Notes: a model not told the origin generated them from the letters alone. 32,579 bases of DNA from a virus (IMGVR_UViG_3300048848_000286:1-32579), one strand, 5' to 3'; positions 18,731 to 27,743 are shown, numbered from the stretch's first letter. Numbers and translations are program-made.

Positions 18731-18767
18731 AGCATGGCTCTTGGGCCAAAGCCGGGCAAAGCACAGG
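18731..18767 (-). promoter_or_regulatory. Late promoter with CCTGTGCTTTGC box (tail module), probably leaderless
   Basis: Box at 18756-18767; TTGCCC-17 bp-CATGCT, then 7 nt to the ATG; directly after a terminator. Confidence 0.7.
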
Positions 18768-18772
18768 ACATG

Positions 18773-18802
18773 AAAAAACCGGGGAAGCGGTGCCTCCCCG
18801 GT
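18773..18802 (-). terminator. Intrinsic terminator of the head module
   Basis: Minus strand ACCGGGGAGGCACCGCTTCCCCGGT hairpin followed by TTTTT. Confidence 0.8.
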
Positions 18803-18840
18803 CTCTGCAATCAGCCGGTCGCGATGATGAGCGACTGACC

Positions 18841-19422
18841 TCAGAGCTTGGCGGTTTCCGACTTGACGTAATCCGCCTTGTCTTCGTCCGAGAGTTCGTT
18901 GAACGAGGCAGCTTCGGGCTTGCGAATGGCGCCGCCGATCTGCGTGCCCTTGCTGTCGAAGATGCCCCACCAGCCCTGGCCCTTGTCACGGGCTTCGAAC
19001 GGCGCGGTCGGAGCTTCGAGAGCAGGAACTTCGCTCGGGATGTGACCGACCTTGAATCCGTCGTTCGTGATCGGGGGAGAGAGAGGGCCGCTCGAAATGC
19101 CGCTTTCGCGGGCTGCTTCGTCGGCCAGACGTTTCGCTTCCTGCTGATCGGCAACGCGCGCGGCTTCGATATCCCGCTCGGCCTGATCCTGGGCAGCTTT
19201 CTCGTCGGCGGCACGGCGAGCGGCGGCCAACTCGGCCGTGCGCTGCGCGTTCGCTTCGGCGCCGGTGCCTTTCGCCTCGGCCTTGGCGGCCTTGACGTAT
19301 TCTTCCGGGAACGGTGCAGCCGACCATTCCGAAGGGTGATCCACAAGAGCGCGGCGTGCGTCGACAGAATCCATTTCGGCAGTCGAGCCGGTCTTGTAGT
19401 GAAGCGTCATTTTGTCAGGCAT
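18841..19422 (-). CDS. Hypothetical head-module protein
   Basis: 193 aa with AGGAG RBS; Ala/Glu-rich linker between two small domains. Confidence 0.7.
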   Translation of the reverse strand: MPDKMTLHYKTGSTAEMDSVDARRALVDHPSEWSAAPFPEEYVKAAKAEAKGTGAEANAQRTAELAAARRAADEKAAQDQAERDIEAARVADQQEAKRLADEAARESGISSGPLSPPITNDGFKVGHIPSEVPALEAPTAPFEARDKGQGWWGIFDSKGTQIGGAIRKPEAASFNELSDEDKADYVKSETAKL

Positions 19423-19454
19423 TGATCTGGTCTCCTGTGACGGTCGCCGGGCGC

Positions 19455-19886
19455 TTAGTAGCGCTCGGCGATGAATGCCTTGAGGGTGATCGACGGGGCG
19501 GTACCGGCGACGTCGATGTAAAGCCGTTCCCAGGGGTACGACACATCGTGCTGCTCGGTGACGAACGGGATCTCGTAGCGCCCGATCACGGAAGTGACAG
19601 GCGCACCCGGACGGGCAGCGCCGGCGCCGAGCGTCAGCTGTGCGACCGTTTCCTTCGTGGCGAAGGTGTTGTCCGTGCCGCCCTGCAGAAGCAGGTGGTA
19701 CAGCTCATCGCCGGCCGACGTCTTGATCGCCGTAACGTCGATGACGAGAACGCCCTCGAAGCGGCCCGGGCCGAGCTGCTTGGAGACATTCGCGCTGGCG
19801 ACCTGCGAAACGCTGTCGGCGGTGACTGCTGCCAGACCATCGGCCAGAAGCAGTTCGATATCGATATTGTAGACTCTCTGACCCAT
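19455..19886 (-). CDS. Capsid decoration / cement-like protein
   Basis: 143-aa beta-rich protein right after the capsid gene; GGGAG RBS. Confidence 0.65.
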   Translation of the reverse strand: MGQRVYNIDIELLLADGLAAVTADSVSQVASANVSKQLGPGRFEGVLVIDVTAIKTSAGDELYHLLLQGGTDNTFATKETVAQLTLGAGAARPGAPVTSVIGRYEIPFVTEQHDVSYPWERLYIDVAGTAPSITLKAFIAERY

Positions 19887-19907
19887 GGGTCCAAACTCCC
19901 GTTGTGG

Positions 19908-19930
19908 AAAGACCCGCCTCGCAGCGGGTC
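19908..19930 (-). terminator. Weak hairpin terminator or attenuator after the capsid gene
   Basis: GACCCGC-6 nt-GCGGGTC followed by TTT on the minus strand. Confidence 0.45.
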
Positions 19931-19939
19931 ATTGTTGCG

Positions 19940-20884
19940 TCACGCGGCGATCGGAAGATCTGCGATCGAATCCAGCCGCGTCGCGGAGTAGTCACCCTCC
20001 ACAACGACACCGACGTCCCAGGAGACGTTCGTCTTGTAGAAGACGCCATCCTCCTTGGAGAGGCCGAGGTCGATCGCCTGCATTTCCTTGAGCTGGATGC
20101 CGGCGACGCCCATCTCGCTGAAGCTGACCACGAAGAGCGAGGTCGTGACGGCAGCGCCGCCGCCGGCCGCGACTTCGTTGAAGGGCAGCACCGCCGTGTG
20201 GCGGTCCTTCGGGTAGCCCGAGAGGATTGGAAGGCCGGCATAGCTGACCATCGGACGGCCCATTTCGTCCTTCGTCATCTCGACGTTGCCCATGAGGGTC
20301 TGGTTGCGCATCAGGGCGATGAACTTGCGGCGCTGGCCACGGCTCATGATGATGTGCGTGGGATCGCGCGTGTTGTCGATCGCTTCGTCGAGGGCTGCGA
20401 GCGAGAGCGCGGCACCACCAGAGGCGACAGAGTTGCGGATCAAACGGCCGTTGCCGACCGTGCAACGGGCCTTGAGGCCGTTGAACTCCTTCGGGTTCGT
20501 CGAGTTGTCGCCGGAGATGAAGGTGTCGGTGAAGAGCCGGGACTGGCGCTTCATCTGCATCGCTTCTTCCGTCGCACGACGGCTCTCGCCATGGCGCAGG
20601 ATGATAGCCTTGTCGACCTTCAGCAGCACGTCGATCGGAAAGCTGGTTTCCTGGAACGCGGTGATCTTGCCCTGAGACGTGCTCGGGCCTTCGTTGATCG
20701 CGCGGAAGGCGGCGCTGCCGATATCGGTCTCGCGATACCCCTCGTAAGCGGCGCCGGAGAAGCCCTTGAACGGCAGAGCCTGGATGATGTCCGACTCTGC
20801 GGCAAAGGTCTCGATCAGCGGACGCTCGATCGAGGTCTTCTCGAGACCCTTGGCATATTCGGGAAGCGTCATTACGTCGGGCAT
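19940..20884 (-). CDS. Major capsid protein
   Basis: MTLPEYAK...IETFAAESDIIQALPF, FRAINE, FISGD..NPKEFNGLKAR motifs; AAGGAG RBS. Confidence 0.9.
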   Translation of the reverse strand: MPDVMTLPEYAKGLEKTSIERPLIETFAAESDIIQALPFKGFSGAAYEGYRETDIGSAAFRAINEGPSTSQGKITAFQETSFPIDVLLKVDKAIILRHGESRRATEEAMQMKRQSRLFTDTFISGDNSTNPKEFNGLKARCTVGNGRLIRNSVASGGAALSLAALDEAIDNTRDPTHIIMSRGQRRKFIALMRNQTLMGNVEMTKDEMGRPMVSYAGLPILSGYPKDRHTAVLPFNEVAAGGGAAVTTSLFVVSFSEMGVAGIQLKEMQAIDLGLSKEDGVFYKTNVSWDVGVVVEGDYSATRLDSIADLPIAA

Positions 20885-20904
20885 TGAAAGACTCCTTCAG
20901 GCCG

Positions 20905-21837
20905 TCACTGTTTCGAGTTCTGACGGGCGTAGTTGATGCGAGCGGAGGGAGACATCTTGTTGTACTCCTCGTCCGACAGTTCTGTTTTTCCGACATCGCG
21001 ACCCGCACCGGGATTGCCCTGAACGGTACCTCTGTTGAGACGCATCAGCGCCTCGAACGCTTCGACCTGCTTGGCCGTGTACATCATCGGCGCCAGCGCC
21101 TGAGCAGCGTCGCCGCCGAGCTTGGCACCGAGCCAAGACGTCACGGCATTGACGCGCTCGACCGCCTTGGAGCCCAGAAGCTCCTTCTGCGCGGCGAGCG
21201 ATTCCTTGAGGCGGCCCTGCTCGGCCATGTCCATCTGCGCACCGAGGGCGATCATGCCCTCGAACTGCGACTGGCTCATCTGGTTGGCGTGGGCGAAAGA
21301 GCGGAGATCGGCGACGCGCGGGTCTGCATCGTCGATGATGGACTCCTGACCTTCCGGCAGCTTGACGCCATCGGGCAGTTTGAAGTCCTTCGGCAGCGCG
21401 ACCTTGTAGCCTTCCGGCTTGTCGGGCACCTGCGCGAGATTGGCGTCGTGCTCGGCCTTGAAGGCGACGAGCGAATTCAGATCATCGGCCTTGAAACCCT
21501 TTTCCGCGTCCCAGAAGGACTCGGGGATATAGTCGGGGCGCTCGGCCTTCGCGGGTTCTGCCGGCGCTTGGGGCGCGGCGGGAGATGCGGGGGCGGCAGG
21601 CTCATTGGCGGCCGGTGCAGCGGCTGCAGCGGCAGGGGCCGGAGTAGCCGGCGCGGCAGGAGCAGCACCGCCAGAAACCGGGCCGCCTTCCGGGGCGAGC
21701 GTGGCGCGCGGGCCAAACGGCGACGAGAACGCGAAAGCGCCGGGGCTACGCCCGACCAGCGGGACCGGCCCGCCTGCTTTTTCGCTGTTTCCCTGGTGCG
21801 CCATGCCGTCGCTCATCCGTTCCGTCTTCTGGTCCAT
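20905..21837 (-). CDS. Capsid scaffolding protein (start uncertain)
   Basis: Pro/Ala-rich N-terminal region, ERPDYIPESFWD, VPDKPEGYKVALP, C-terminal YNKMSPSARINYAR; precedes the capsid gene. Confidence 0.8.
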   Translation of the reverse strand: MDQKTERMSDGMAHQGNSEKAGGPVPLVGRSPGAFAFSSPFGPRATLAPEGGPVSGGAAPAAPATPAPAAAAAAPAANEPAAPASPAAPQAPAEPAKAERPDYIPESFWDAEKGFKADDLNSLVAFKAEHDANLAQVPDKPEGYKVALPKDFKLPDGVKLPEGQESIIDDADPRVADLRSFAHANQMSQSQFEGMIALGAQMDMAEQGRLKESLAAQKELLGSKAVERVNAVTSWLGAKLGGDAAQALAPMMYTAKQVEAFEALMRLNRGTVQGNPGAGRDVGKTELSDEEYNKMSPSARINYARQNSKQ

Positions 21838-22042
21838 CGCTCTTTTCCGCCTCTGTCATCGCAATCAGATCGGCCGCGAATGTGCGGCGAGCGTTGTGAG
21901 CGTGCAAAGCACAGGTCTCTAACGGGCCGATCTCCTCGACCACGGACTGCAGAAGGGCGAAAAAAGCGACGCCCTCGCGCTGGCGGGAGAACCAGTTGAG
22001 GGCGGCTTTCACTTCAGGATCGGAGAGCTTGATACGGGTCAT
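21746..22042 (-). CDS. Small conserved head-module protein (Bbp19-like position)
   Basis: MTRIKLSDPEVKAAL...ALHAHNARRTFAADLI; lies between the portal region and the scaffold. Confidence 0.6.
   Translation of the reverse strand: MTRIKLSDPEVKAALNWFSRQREGVAFFALLQSVVEEIGPLETCALHAHNARRTFAADLIAMTEAEKSDGPEDGTDERRHGAPGKQRKSRRAGPAGRA
21879..21915 (-). promoter_or_regulatory. Late promoter with CCTGTGCTTTGC box (scaffold/capsid), inside the upstream CDS
   Basis: Box at 21904-21915; TTGCAC-17 bp-CACATT. Confidence 0.65.
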
Positions 22043-22048
22043 GAGCCG

Positions 22049-22085
22049 AGGATAGCGATCGGCTGATGAGAGGGAAAAGCACACC
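22049..22085 (-). promoter_or_regulatory. Variant late promoter (GGTGTGCTTTTC), probably leaderless
   Basis: TTTCCC-17 bp-TATCCT, then 6 nt to the ATG at 22042; no Shine-Dalgarno. Confidence 0.55.
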
Positions 22086-22088
22086 TCG

Positions 22089-23405
22089 TCAGGCGGCCAT
22101 CGCCTTCAACGCAGTGAGGCCATGCCTTGCAAGACGCTCCCCGATATGACGAGAGCCGTTGACACCTGCGGCATGCAAACTGTCGGCGCCAATGACACCA
22201 ACGCTTGGCGCAGACTCGAACAGACTTCCGGGGAGCCATATAAGCCGTGGATCCCCTTGCGCTGCTGCAGCAAAGCCGTTGCGAAACGCAGCGGTGCGAG
22301 AGGCGATAGCAGCAATGGTATTGAACTGCTGGGAAGCCCCGAAGATGATGGCACGGGGCTGTGCGATCATAAGAGCTGCGATTACTGCCTGATAGGCGCT
22401 CTGAACAACAGCGTCTCCGTCAGGGCTCACGATGCCGCCGTTTGGCGTAAGGCCATCGTTGACACTCGGGAGCGCAAAGATGGCATCCAGGTGGCCGATG
22501 CGGCTTGCATCGAAATCACCAGCAGCAATACGGGCGCCGAATGTGCTGTAGTTTGAAGCGCCCGCCGTCGCGATGACCCCGGTGGACGCGACCGCGTTTA
22601 CATAGGGGTTGTTGCAACCGAATACGCCAGCCAGCCAGTCGGCCACGGCCAGTTTGAGATTGAGCGTCGTATCGTTCATGATGCCTTCGCCGAAGCTATC
22701 CCAAAGGACACCCATGCGAGGCTGATACGCCAAATCAGCGGGCCAGATGCTGTATCCGGTCGGCACGTTGATGCCGCCGAAATTGCCGCTGAGGCTGGTA
22801 TAGATTTCGATGAGCCGGCCAGAGGGAGCCGTCGACCCAAAGTCGAGCTTGTAGTAGTTGAGGTTCGGAAACGCTTGGACGCGATCGGCCGCTGAGATGC
22901 GGGCGCGAACACCGTCCGGGGTTGTCACATATGCGATCCATCGAGCGCCGATGCACCGCAAAGCGAAATCCACGACTTGCGCATCAGTGTAGAATGCGAT
23001 GCACGCACTGTGGCCCTGAAGACGAGCCCCCGCCTGGCGCGTCATGGTCTGGATGCGGTTCCCAGCCGTTGCGTTGACGTTGATGATCGGCCCGCCAAAG
23101 GGCGTAACCTTCGTCGCGTCCAATGAGCTGAACATCCCGGCGTTGTAGGCCTGCGCGGCTTGCACCGTGGAATTGGCTGCATCCGACACCGGATCTGTGA
23201 TCGTGGGCGGGGTCGCCATGACTGCGCTCAGGTCGCCGAGAGGTTTCTGCGCTGCGCTGATAAGGCGTCGGGCAATGGCCGCGCGAGACTCGAAGAGGTT
23301 GGCGACAGAGAGTTTGCCCTCTCGGCCATCAACATCATGTCCATATAGAAGCGTGAGATCACGCTGATGGCGGTACCGATGAAAGTCGTCGCGCAAATCG
23401 CCCAT
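22089..23405 (-). CDS. SGNH/GDSL hydrolase-domain protein coupled to the portal gene
   Basis: Start MGDLRDDF at a TAATG overlap with the portal stop; SGNH blocks VLWDSFGEG, NAVASTG, PSVND and DSLH. Confidence 0.75.
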   Translation of the reverse strand: MGDLRDDFHRYRHQRDLTLLYGHDVDGREGKLSVANLFESRAAIARRLISAAQKPLGDLSAVMATPPTITDPVSDAANSTVQAAQAYNAGMFSSLDATKVTPFGGPIINVNATAGNRIQTMTRQAGARLQGHSACIAFYTDAQVVDFALRCIGARWIAYVTTPDGVRARISAADRVQAFPNLNYYKLDFGSTAPSGRLIEIYTSLSGNFGGINVPTGYSIWPADLAYQPRMGVLWDSFGEGIMNDTTLNLKLAVADWLAGVFGCNNPYVNAVASTGVIATAGASNYSTFGARIAAGDFDASRIGHLDAIFALPSVNDGLTPNGGIVSPDGDAVVQSAYQAVIAALMIAQPRAIIFGASQQFNTIAAIASRTAAFRNGFAAAAQGDPRLIWLPGSLFESAPSVGVIGADSLHAAGVNGSRHIGERLARHGLTALKAMAA

Positions 23406-24997
23406 TACTGGCCTCCTGTTGGTATCATGCCGGCCTGTTGCGCGGCGCCGAGAACGGTCTGCACCAGTTTGGCGGTCTGCTTTTCGTCGCGCAGCACAAT
23501 CACCTCGTCCTTGAGGAGACGCTGCAGATTCTCGGCCGTGGCGCGTTCGTCGATCGCGGCCTGCGACGTCTCCGGGAAATAGCTCTTGAGCATGGTCAGC
23601 AGGTTGCCTGCGACCTGGACCTTCTGATTGTCCGCTGCCTGGGTAGCCGGGTTGTTCGGCACCAGAGTGAGCTTCTGACCGTTGATCTTGATGTCCGCGA
23701 TCTTGCCGTCTTTTTCGAGAAGCCACTCGAACCGGCGGTAGATCGCATACGGGCCCTCACGCCAGAACTTCTTGCCGGGCGTGCCGATCCGGCGTTGCGC
23801 TTTCACCATCTCGTCGGCCCACTGCGTGGCGGTCGGCGGCGTGTCGCCCTTCTGCTCGGGATAATCGGCGAAGTGCTTGCGGCGGATCCGGCGTTCCAGA
23901 TCCGTCGCGGTATAGAATCCGAGGTCGGCGTTACCCTCGAAGTACAGGGGCTTGATGTCCTTTCCGGAGCCCGGGCGCATGGCATACGCCTTGCCGCTCT
24001 CAAGCCCGTTCTCGAAGTCCATCACGCCGTCGTCGGGATAGCCCATCGGCGGGTTGATCGCGATGTCGACGCGATCCTGCGTGGCGGCTGTAATGACGTC
24101 CAGCACGCGGTAGTCCTGCAGCGCCTTGATCGAGGGACCGAAGCCCCAGGCATATTCGTTGTCGGGTGAGAACCGGGCAATGATCAGCGGCAGGCAGCCC
24201 TCACCACTGATGCTGTCCTCCTTCACCGCCATGCGGTCGACGAGGAGAACGTGCTTCCACACCTCATCTTCGGGCTTCGACCAATCCCGCCAGTAGCCCC
24301 ACACCACCTCGATCGTGCAAGACTTCTCGTCGCGGATCTTCTTGGCAATCTTTTCCGGGAGCGTGATATCGCCGATGACGGATTTCAGCTTGGTGCCGCG
24401 AACATGCCGGACGCGGAACCGGTCGCCCACCGAACCATCGGCTTCGACATTGAACTCGAGCTCGCGCGGCGGTACCGAGCTGCAGGAGATCGGCCGCGTG
24501 TTGTACGGCTTCTCGATCCACCACGCGACGGTGCCAACGGCGGCATGCGGGTCGAGCGTTGAGCCGAGCTCGGACTCGAAATTCGAGGCGCGGATCGCGG
24601 AAAAGATGATCTTGTCGCGCGCCTTGCTCTCGTCCTGCAGGTCCTTAAGCTGGGGCGGCTCTATGTCGCCGAGCTCGGACTCGTCGAGCCCGTTTGCTAC
24701 CCAGTCCGTCCCCTGCGGGAAAAACGCGGAAACCACCTCTGTCGCAAAATCCTCTGACACTTCAGAGCCAATGCCGGTCGCAAGATCTTCCTGCTCCGCA
24801 TCCCGCCTCCTGCTCGCTTTCACGGTGGATTCGATGTTCCAGGACAGGCGCGGCCGCGTGAAGAAGTAGGCCTCCTGCAGATCGGCGCGAGCCTCAGTCT
24901 TCTGAGCGCGGGCGTCCTTCAGACGCTGGTTCGCGTCCTCTGCGACCTTCGGGTCTGGGAAGCTTGACGCTTCCTTGTTGGGAGGCAAGGTTGCCAC
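23405..24997 (-). CDS. Portal protein (podoviral head-to-tail connector)
   Basis: 530 aa; PLIIARFSPDNEYAWGFGPSIKAL and DTPPTATQW motifs; lies after terL. Confidence 0.9.
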   Translation of the reverse strand: MATLPPNKEASSFPDPKVAEDANQRLKDARAQKTEARADLQEAYFFTRPRLSWNIESTVKASRRRDAEQEDLATGIGSEVSEDFATEVVSAFFPQGTDWVANGLDESELGDIEPPQLKDLQDESKARDKIIFSAIRASNFESELGSTLDPHAAVGTVAWWIEKPYNTRPISCSSVPPRELEFNVEADGSVGDRFRVRHVRGTKLKSVIGDITLPEKIAKKIRDEKSCTIEVVWGYWRDWSKPEDEVWKHVLLVDRMAVKEDSISGEGCLPLIIARFSPDNEYAWGFGPSIKALQDYRVLDVITAATQDRVDIAINPPMGYPDDGVMDFENGLESGKAYAMRPGSGKDIKPLYFEGNADLGFYTATDLERRIRRKHFADYPEQKGDTPPTATQWADEMVKAQRRIGTPGKKFWREGPYAIYRRFEWLLEKDGKIADIKINGQKLTLVPNNPATQAADNQKVQVAGNLLTMLKSYFPETSQAAIDERATAENLQRLLKDEVIVLRDEKQTAKLVQTVLGAAQQAGMIPTGGQ

Positions 24998-25006
24998 GAG
25001 TGACCC

Positions 25007-25189
25007 TTACTTGCCGACGAGCGGCGAGACGCGGGCGGTCCCGGCGAGCGCGCTGCGGGCGCCAAACATGCGCAGCGACTGGTCCGTATCAGTCGTCAGC
25101 CGCTCGCGCATCGTGTTGATTTTCTCCTGAGCCGCCGCTGCCTTCTGGCGGGCGAGCTCCGGATCTTCCTTTGGCTGCTGCTGCTTCAT
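25007..25189 (-). CDS. Small phage protein upstream of the portal
   Basis: MKQQQPKEDPELARQ...; 60 aa in a typical pre-portal position. Confidence 0.6.
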   Translation of the reverse strand: MKQQQPKEDPELARQKAAAAQEKINTMRERLTTDTDQSLRMFGARSALAGTARVSPLVGK

Positions 25190-25631
25190 GACCGCCGCTT
25201 TCGTCGATAATTTCGCCACCGTTAGCGAGACATTGACGAAAAAGGGCGTCCGGCCGCAAAGCACAGGACTTCAGGCCGAGGATGTGCGCGGCCGCCGGCA
25301 CGCACCACAGGCCCACCGACATATTGAGGTTCAGCTCCTGCCCGATCGGTCTCGCCATGCGCACAATCGTGTTTCCGGCTGCGAAGTGGCCGAGAGCGGC
25401 GTCAGCCTCGTGGTTTCCGATGAGGTAGATCCGGGATCGGTCCATCTGGAAGTCGAAAAACGCCCAGGTCTGGGCTCGCGGCACGAATCCCATGACCGAA
25501 ACGTGCTTGAACCGGCCACAGGCCAGCCAGCGCACCCACCATGTCGGCGAATCCGGGTGGAATGCGACGAACCAGTCGGTCGGCTCGCAATCAGCCAGCT
25601 TCAAGCCGTCTCCAAATCCGTCAAAACCCAC
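25089..25631 (-). CDS. Hypothetical protein, possibly a permuted papain-like (His before Cys) fold; start uncertain
   Basis: WFVAFH...GRFKHVSVMG...GLWCVPAAAHILG; GTG at 25631 overlaps the end of terL. Confidence 0.6.
   Translation of the reverse strand: MGFDGFGDGLKLADCEPTDWFVAFHPDSPTWWVRWLACGRFKHVSVMGFVPRAQTWAFFDFQMDRSRIYLIGNHEADAALGHFAAGNTIVRMARPIGQELNLNMSVGLWCVPAAAHILGLKSCALRPDALFRQCLANGGEIIDESGGHEAAAAKGRSGARPPEGSGGSGENQHDARAADD
25230..25267 (-). promoter_or_regulatory. Late promoter with CCTGTGCTTTGC box (portal module), inside the upstream CDS
   Basis: Box at 25256-25267; TTGCGG-18 bp-CAATGT. Confidence 0.6.
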
Positions 25632-27216
25632 CGCGGCGCCTCGATTTCTTGTGAACCTTGATGTCAACCGGCGCGCGGTGGCCGGTATGGCTGCCACCGG
25701 TGACGGCGCGGCCTTCGCCAGCACCGAGCACCATGTATTGCGTCGCGTCGGCGATGTCGGAATACCGATCTTTCTCCGGAGTCTCCTTGTGCCGGGACGT
25801 GCCCTTGATGCGGGCGAAGTGATAGCCGCCGGCCATGGCCACTTTCAGCGTCCGGCAGTTCACGCCGCACACCAGAAGCCGCGGCATGCCGTTCACCATC
25901 GTGATCATGGCATATTCGACCGCGTTGATACGGGTCTGGATGTGGTTGTTCTTCACCGGCGCCGGCCGCACCGGCATGCCGAACGAGCGGAACACATCAT
26001 AGGCCGTCGTTTCGTCCGACTGCGTGCCATCCTCGCCCTTCGGATCCCCGAAGAACTCGACCTGGAAGCCGTTGAACTCTGTGTGGCGCGATACCGGCTG
26101 CCAGTCACCGAGCCGGCGATCAAGCAACTGCTTCACCAGCGGCGCGAAGATCGACGCCCCGACGCCGCGCGCCGTGATTTCGGCGAAGATCCGCCACCGG
26201 TTGTTGACGAGCTGCCCGACCACGCAAGCCGGATTCCGACCGAAATCCAGCCCGACATAGACAGGCCAGCCCGGAATGGGCTCGAGCGCCGTCTTCGACA
26301 CATGGCTGTCGGCGTTGAACTGGTTCCAGACCGGCTTGCCGTCGACGAAAACCGTGATCTTGTTCAGCACGCGGCTGTCGATCCACTGCTTCGTCTTGCC
26401 CTTGATCTTTTCCGCGTAATAGCCCGGTTTCAGCCATTTCGTGTTCTCGGCCAGCGGGTTCATCCGATAGCCCGTCAGCGTGCCGGCGGCGTCCTTGATC
26501 TCAAGCATGGCCGGCGGCTGCACATGGTAGCCCCAATTGTCCGGCCGCTTGAACGCAAGCCGCTCCTCCTCCGTCCAGTCGTCCGGCAGCGGAACCTCAC
26601 CCATCATCAGCGGGATGAAATGATCCTCGCGCGGCGCGTTCATGTCCGCGATCACGCCGTCCCAGGTCGCCCCGCCATCCTTAACCGCCGGGTACCGGCC
26701 CGTCCGGCTTTCAGCCTCATCGACGATCGCCTTGTCGATGAATTCGAGCTCGTTGAACCAGATGCCGGTGAACTCGAACGAGCGCAGCTTGCGCACATCG
26801 TCCTCGGTATCGAGCGCCAGGAAGATGATTTCCATCTCCACGTCGCCGAGCCGGATCATGTGTCGATAGGGCCGATCCCAATAGAACCGCCCGTACATCT
26901 CCTCTGGAAACCAGTCGAGCCACGACTTCACCGTCGTGTTCTTCAGATCCGGAAACGTGTTGCGGCAGACCGCCCAGCGCGTCTTTCGCAGCCCGTCGTC
27001 GTTCGGGCGCTGCTCACACGAGATCAGCCACATCTTCATGATGCAGGCCGTCGAAGTGCCCGAGCCGATCGAGCCGCGCACGATGCTCACATGCTTCCGG
27101 CATTCGATGAAATCGCACAGCACATTGCCGTCCGGCGCGTAGATCTTGCGACCATCAGGGGCGAGCTCGATCTTCGGAAGAACGACCGGGCGATCCGGTT
27201 CGATGATCTCAAGCAT
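25621..27216 (-). CDS. terL: Terminase large subunit
   Basis: P-loop-like IVRGSIGSGTS, Walker B-like GIWFNE, nuclease motifs VYVGLDFGRNPA and SDIADATQY. Confidence 0.92.
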   Translation of the reverse strand: MLEIIEPDRPVVLPKIELAPDGRKIYAPDGNVLCDFIECRKHVSIVRGSIGSGTSTACIMKMWLISCEQRPNDDGLRKTRWAVCRNTFPDLKNTTVKSWLDWFPEEMYGRFYWDRPYRHMIRLGDVEMEIIFLALDTEDDVRKLRSFEFTGIWFNELEFIDKAIVDEAESRTGRYPAVKDGGATWDGVIADMNAPREDHFIPLMMGEVPLPDDWTEEERLAFKRPDNWGYHVQPPAMLEIKDAAGTLTGYRMNPLAENTKWLKPGYYAEKIKGKTKQWIDSRVLNKITVFVDGKPVWNQFNADSHVSKTALEPIPGWPVYVGLDFGRNPACVVGQLVNNRWRIFAEITARGVGASIFAPLVKQLLDRRLGDWQPVSRHTEFNGFQVEFFGDPKGEDGTQSDETTAYDVFRSFGMPVRPAPVKNNHIQTRINAVEYAMITMVNGMPRLLVCGVNCRTLKVAMAGGYHFARIKGTSRHKETPEKDRYSDIADATQYMVLGAGEGRAVTGGSHTGHRAPVDIKVHKKSRRRGGF

Positions 27217-27463
27217 TGGGGTCGCCGTCCATGATCAAATGCAGACGATGAAGCAGCCTTGACACACCCGAAAGCCGACGATGCGCATCATCCGTGTGCG
27301 TGAACCCCGTGATCACGGCTCCGTCGACCATGGCGGCCGAGAACGTCAAATCCACGATTTCCCCGGCCTCAGCTTGCGCAAGCAATTCCCGCAGGCGATC
27401 AACCACCTCAGTTTTCCGCCCTTGCGCCGGGTCGAACTGGACAACCTTCAAGTCAGCCATCAA
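27209..27463 (-). CDS. Hypothetical phage protein
   Basis: 84 aa overlapping both neighbours; VVDRLRELLAQAEAGEI pattern. Confidence 0.65.
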   Translation of the reverse strand: MMADLKVVQFDPAQGRKTEVVDRLRELLAQAEAGEIVDLTFSAAMVDGAVITGFTHTDDAHRRLSGVSRLLHRLHLIMDGDPNA

Positions 27464-27714
27464 GCCACCTCGTAAGTCGCCGCGAAGATATCCCCCTTCA
27501 CAGGGTAGATCTCGCCCTCGGCACCCCGAACAATCCAGTCGCCGGGCTCAGCCGTCAGTATCCCGTTCAGCGTCGAGATCGCCACGACACCCGCCGACAG
27601 CTTGATCACCCCATATTCCGCCGCCTCGACTGCCCAGGCAGGTTCGACCGGCAGCAATGGGCCGTTCCACTGGATTGCCTCAACGACAACGGGGAGCTTT
27701 CGGAACATGGTCAT
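27460..27714 (-). CDS. PGDYG-like small phage protein
   Basis: FRKLPVVVEAIQW...TLNG..AEPGDWIVRGAEGEIYPVKGDIFAATYE; GGAG RBS before the ATG at 27714. Confidence 0.78.
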   Translation of the reverse strand: MTMFRKLPVVVEAIQWNGPLLPVEPAWAVEAAEYGVIKLSAGVVAISTLNGILTAEPGDWIVRGAEGEIYPVKGDIFAATYEVA

Positions 27715-27743
27715 GGCGTTTCTCCAGAGCGATCGTCTCAACA

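Noticed and set aside
21560-21680. GC-rich low-complexity repeat
   Set aside because: It encodes the Pro/Ala linker of the scaffold protein
23406-23726. N-terminal 107 aa of the listed 545-aa ORF (and similar extensions at 18724-18810, 3236-3370 and 4688-4891)
   Set aside because: They overlap neighbouring genes or promoters; internal starts with coupling or an RBS fit better
7887-27234. Long plus-strand ORFs such as 7887..9773, 19904..20887, 20884..21999 and 25492..27234
   Set aside because: Antisense shadows of well-supported high-GC phage genes, with no motifs or RBS
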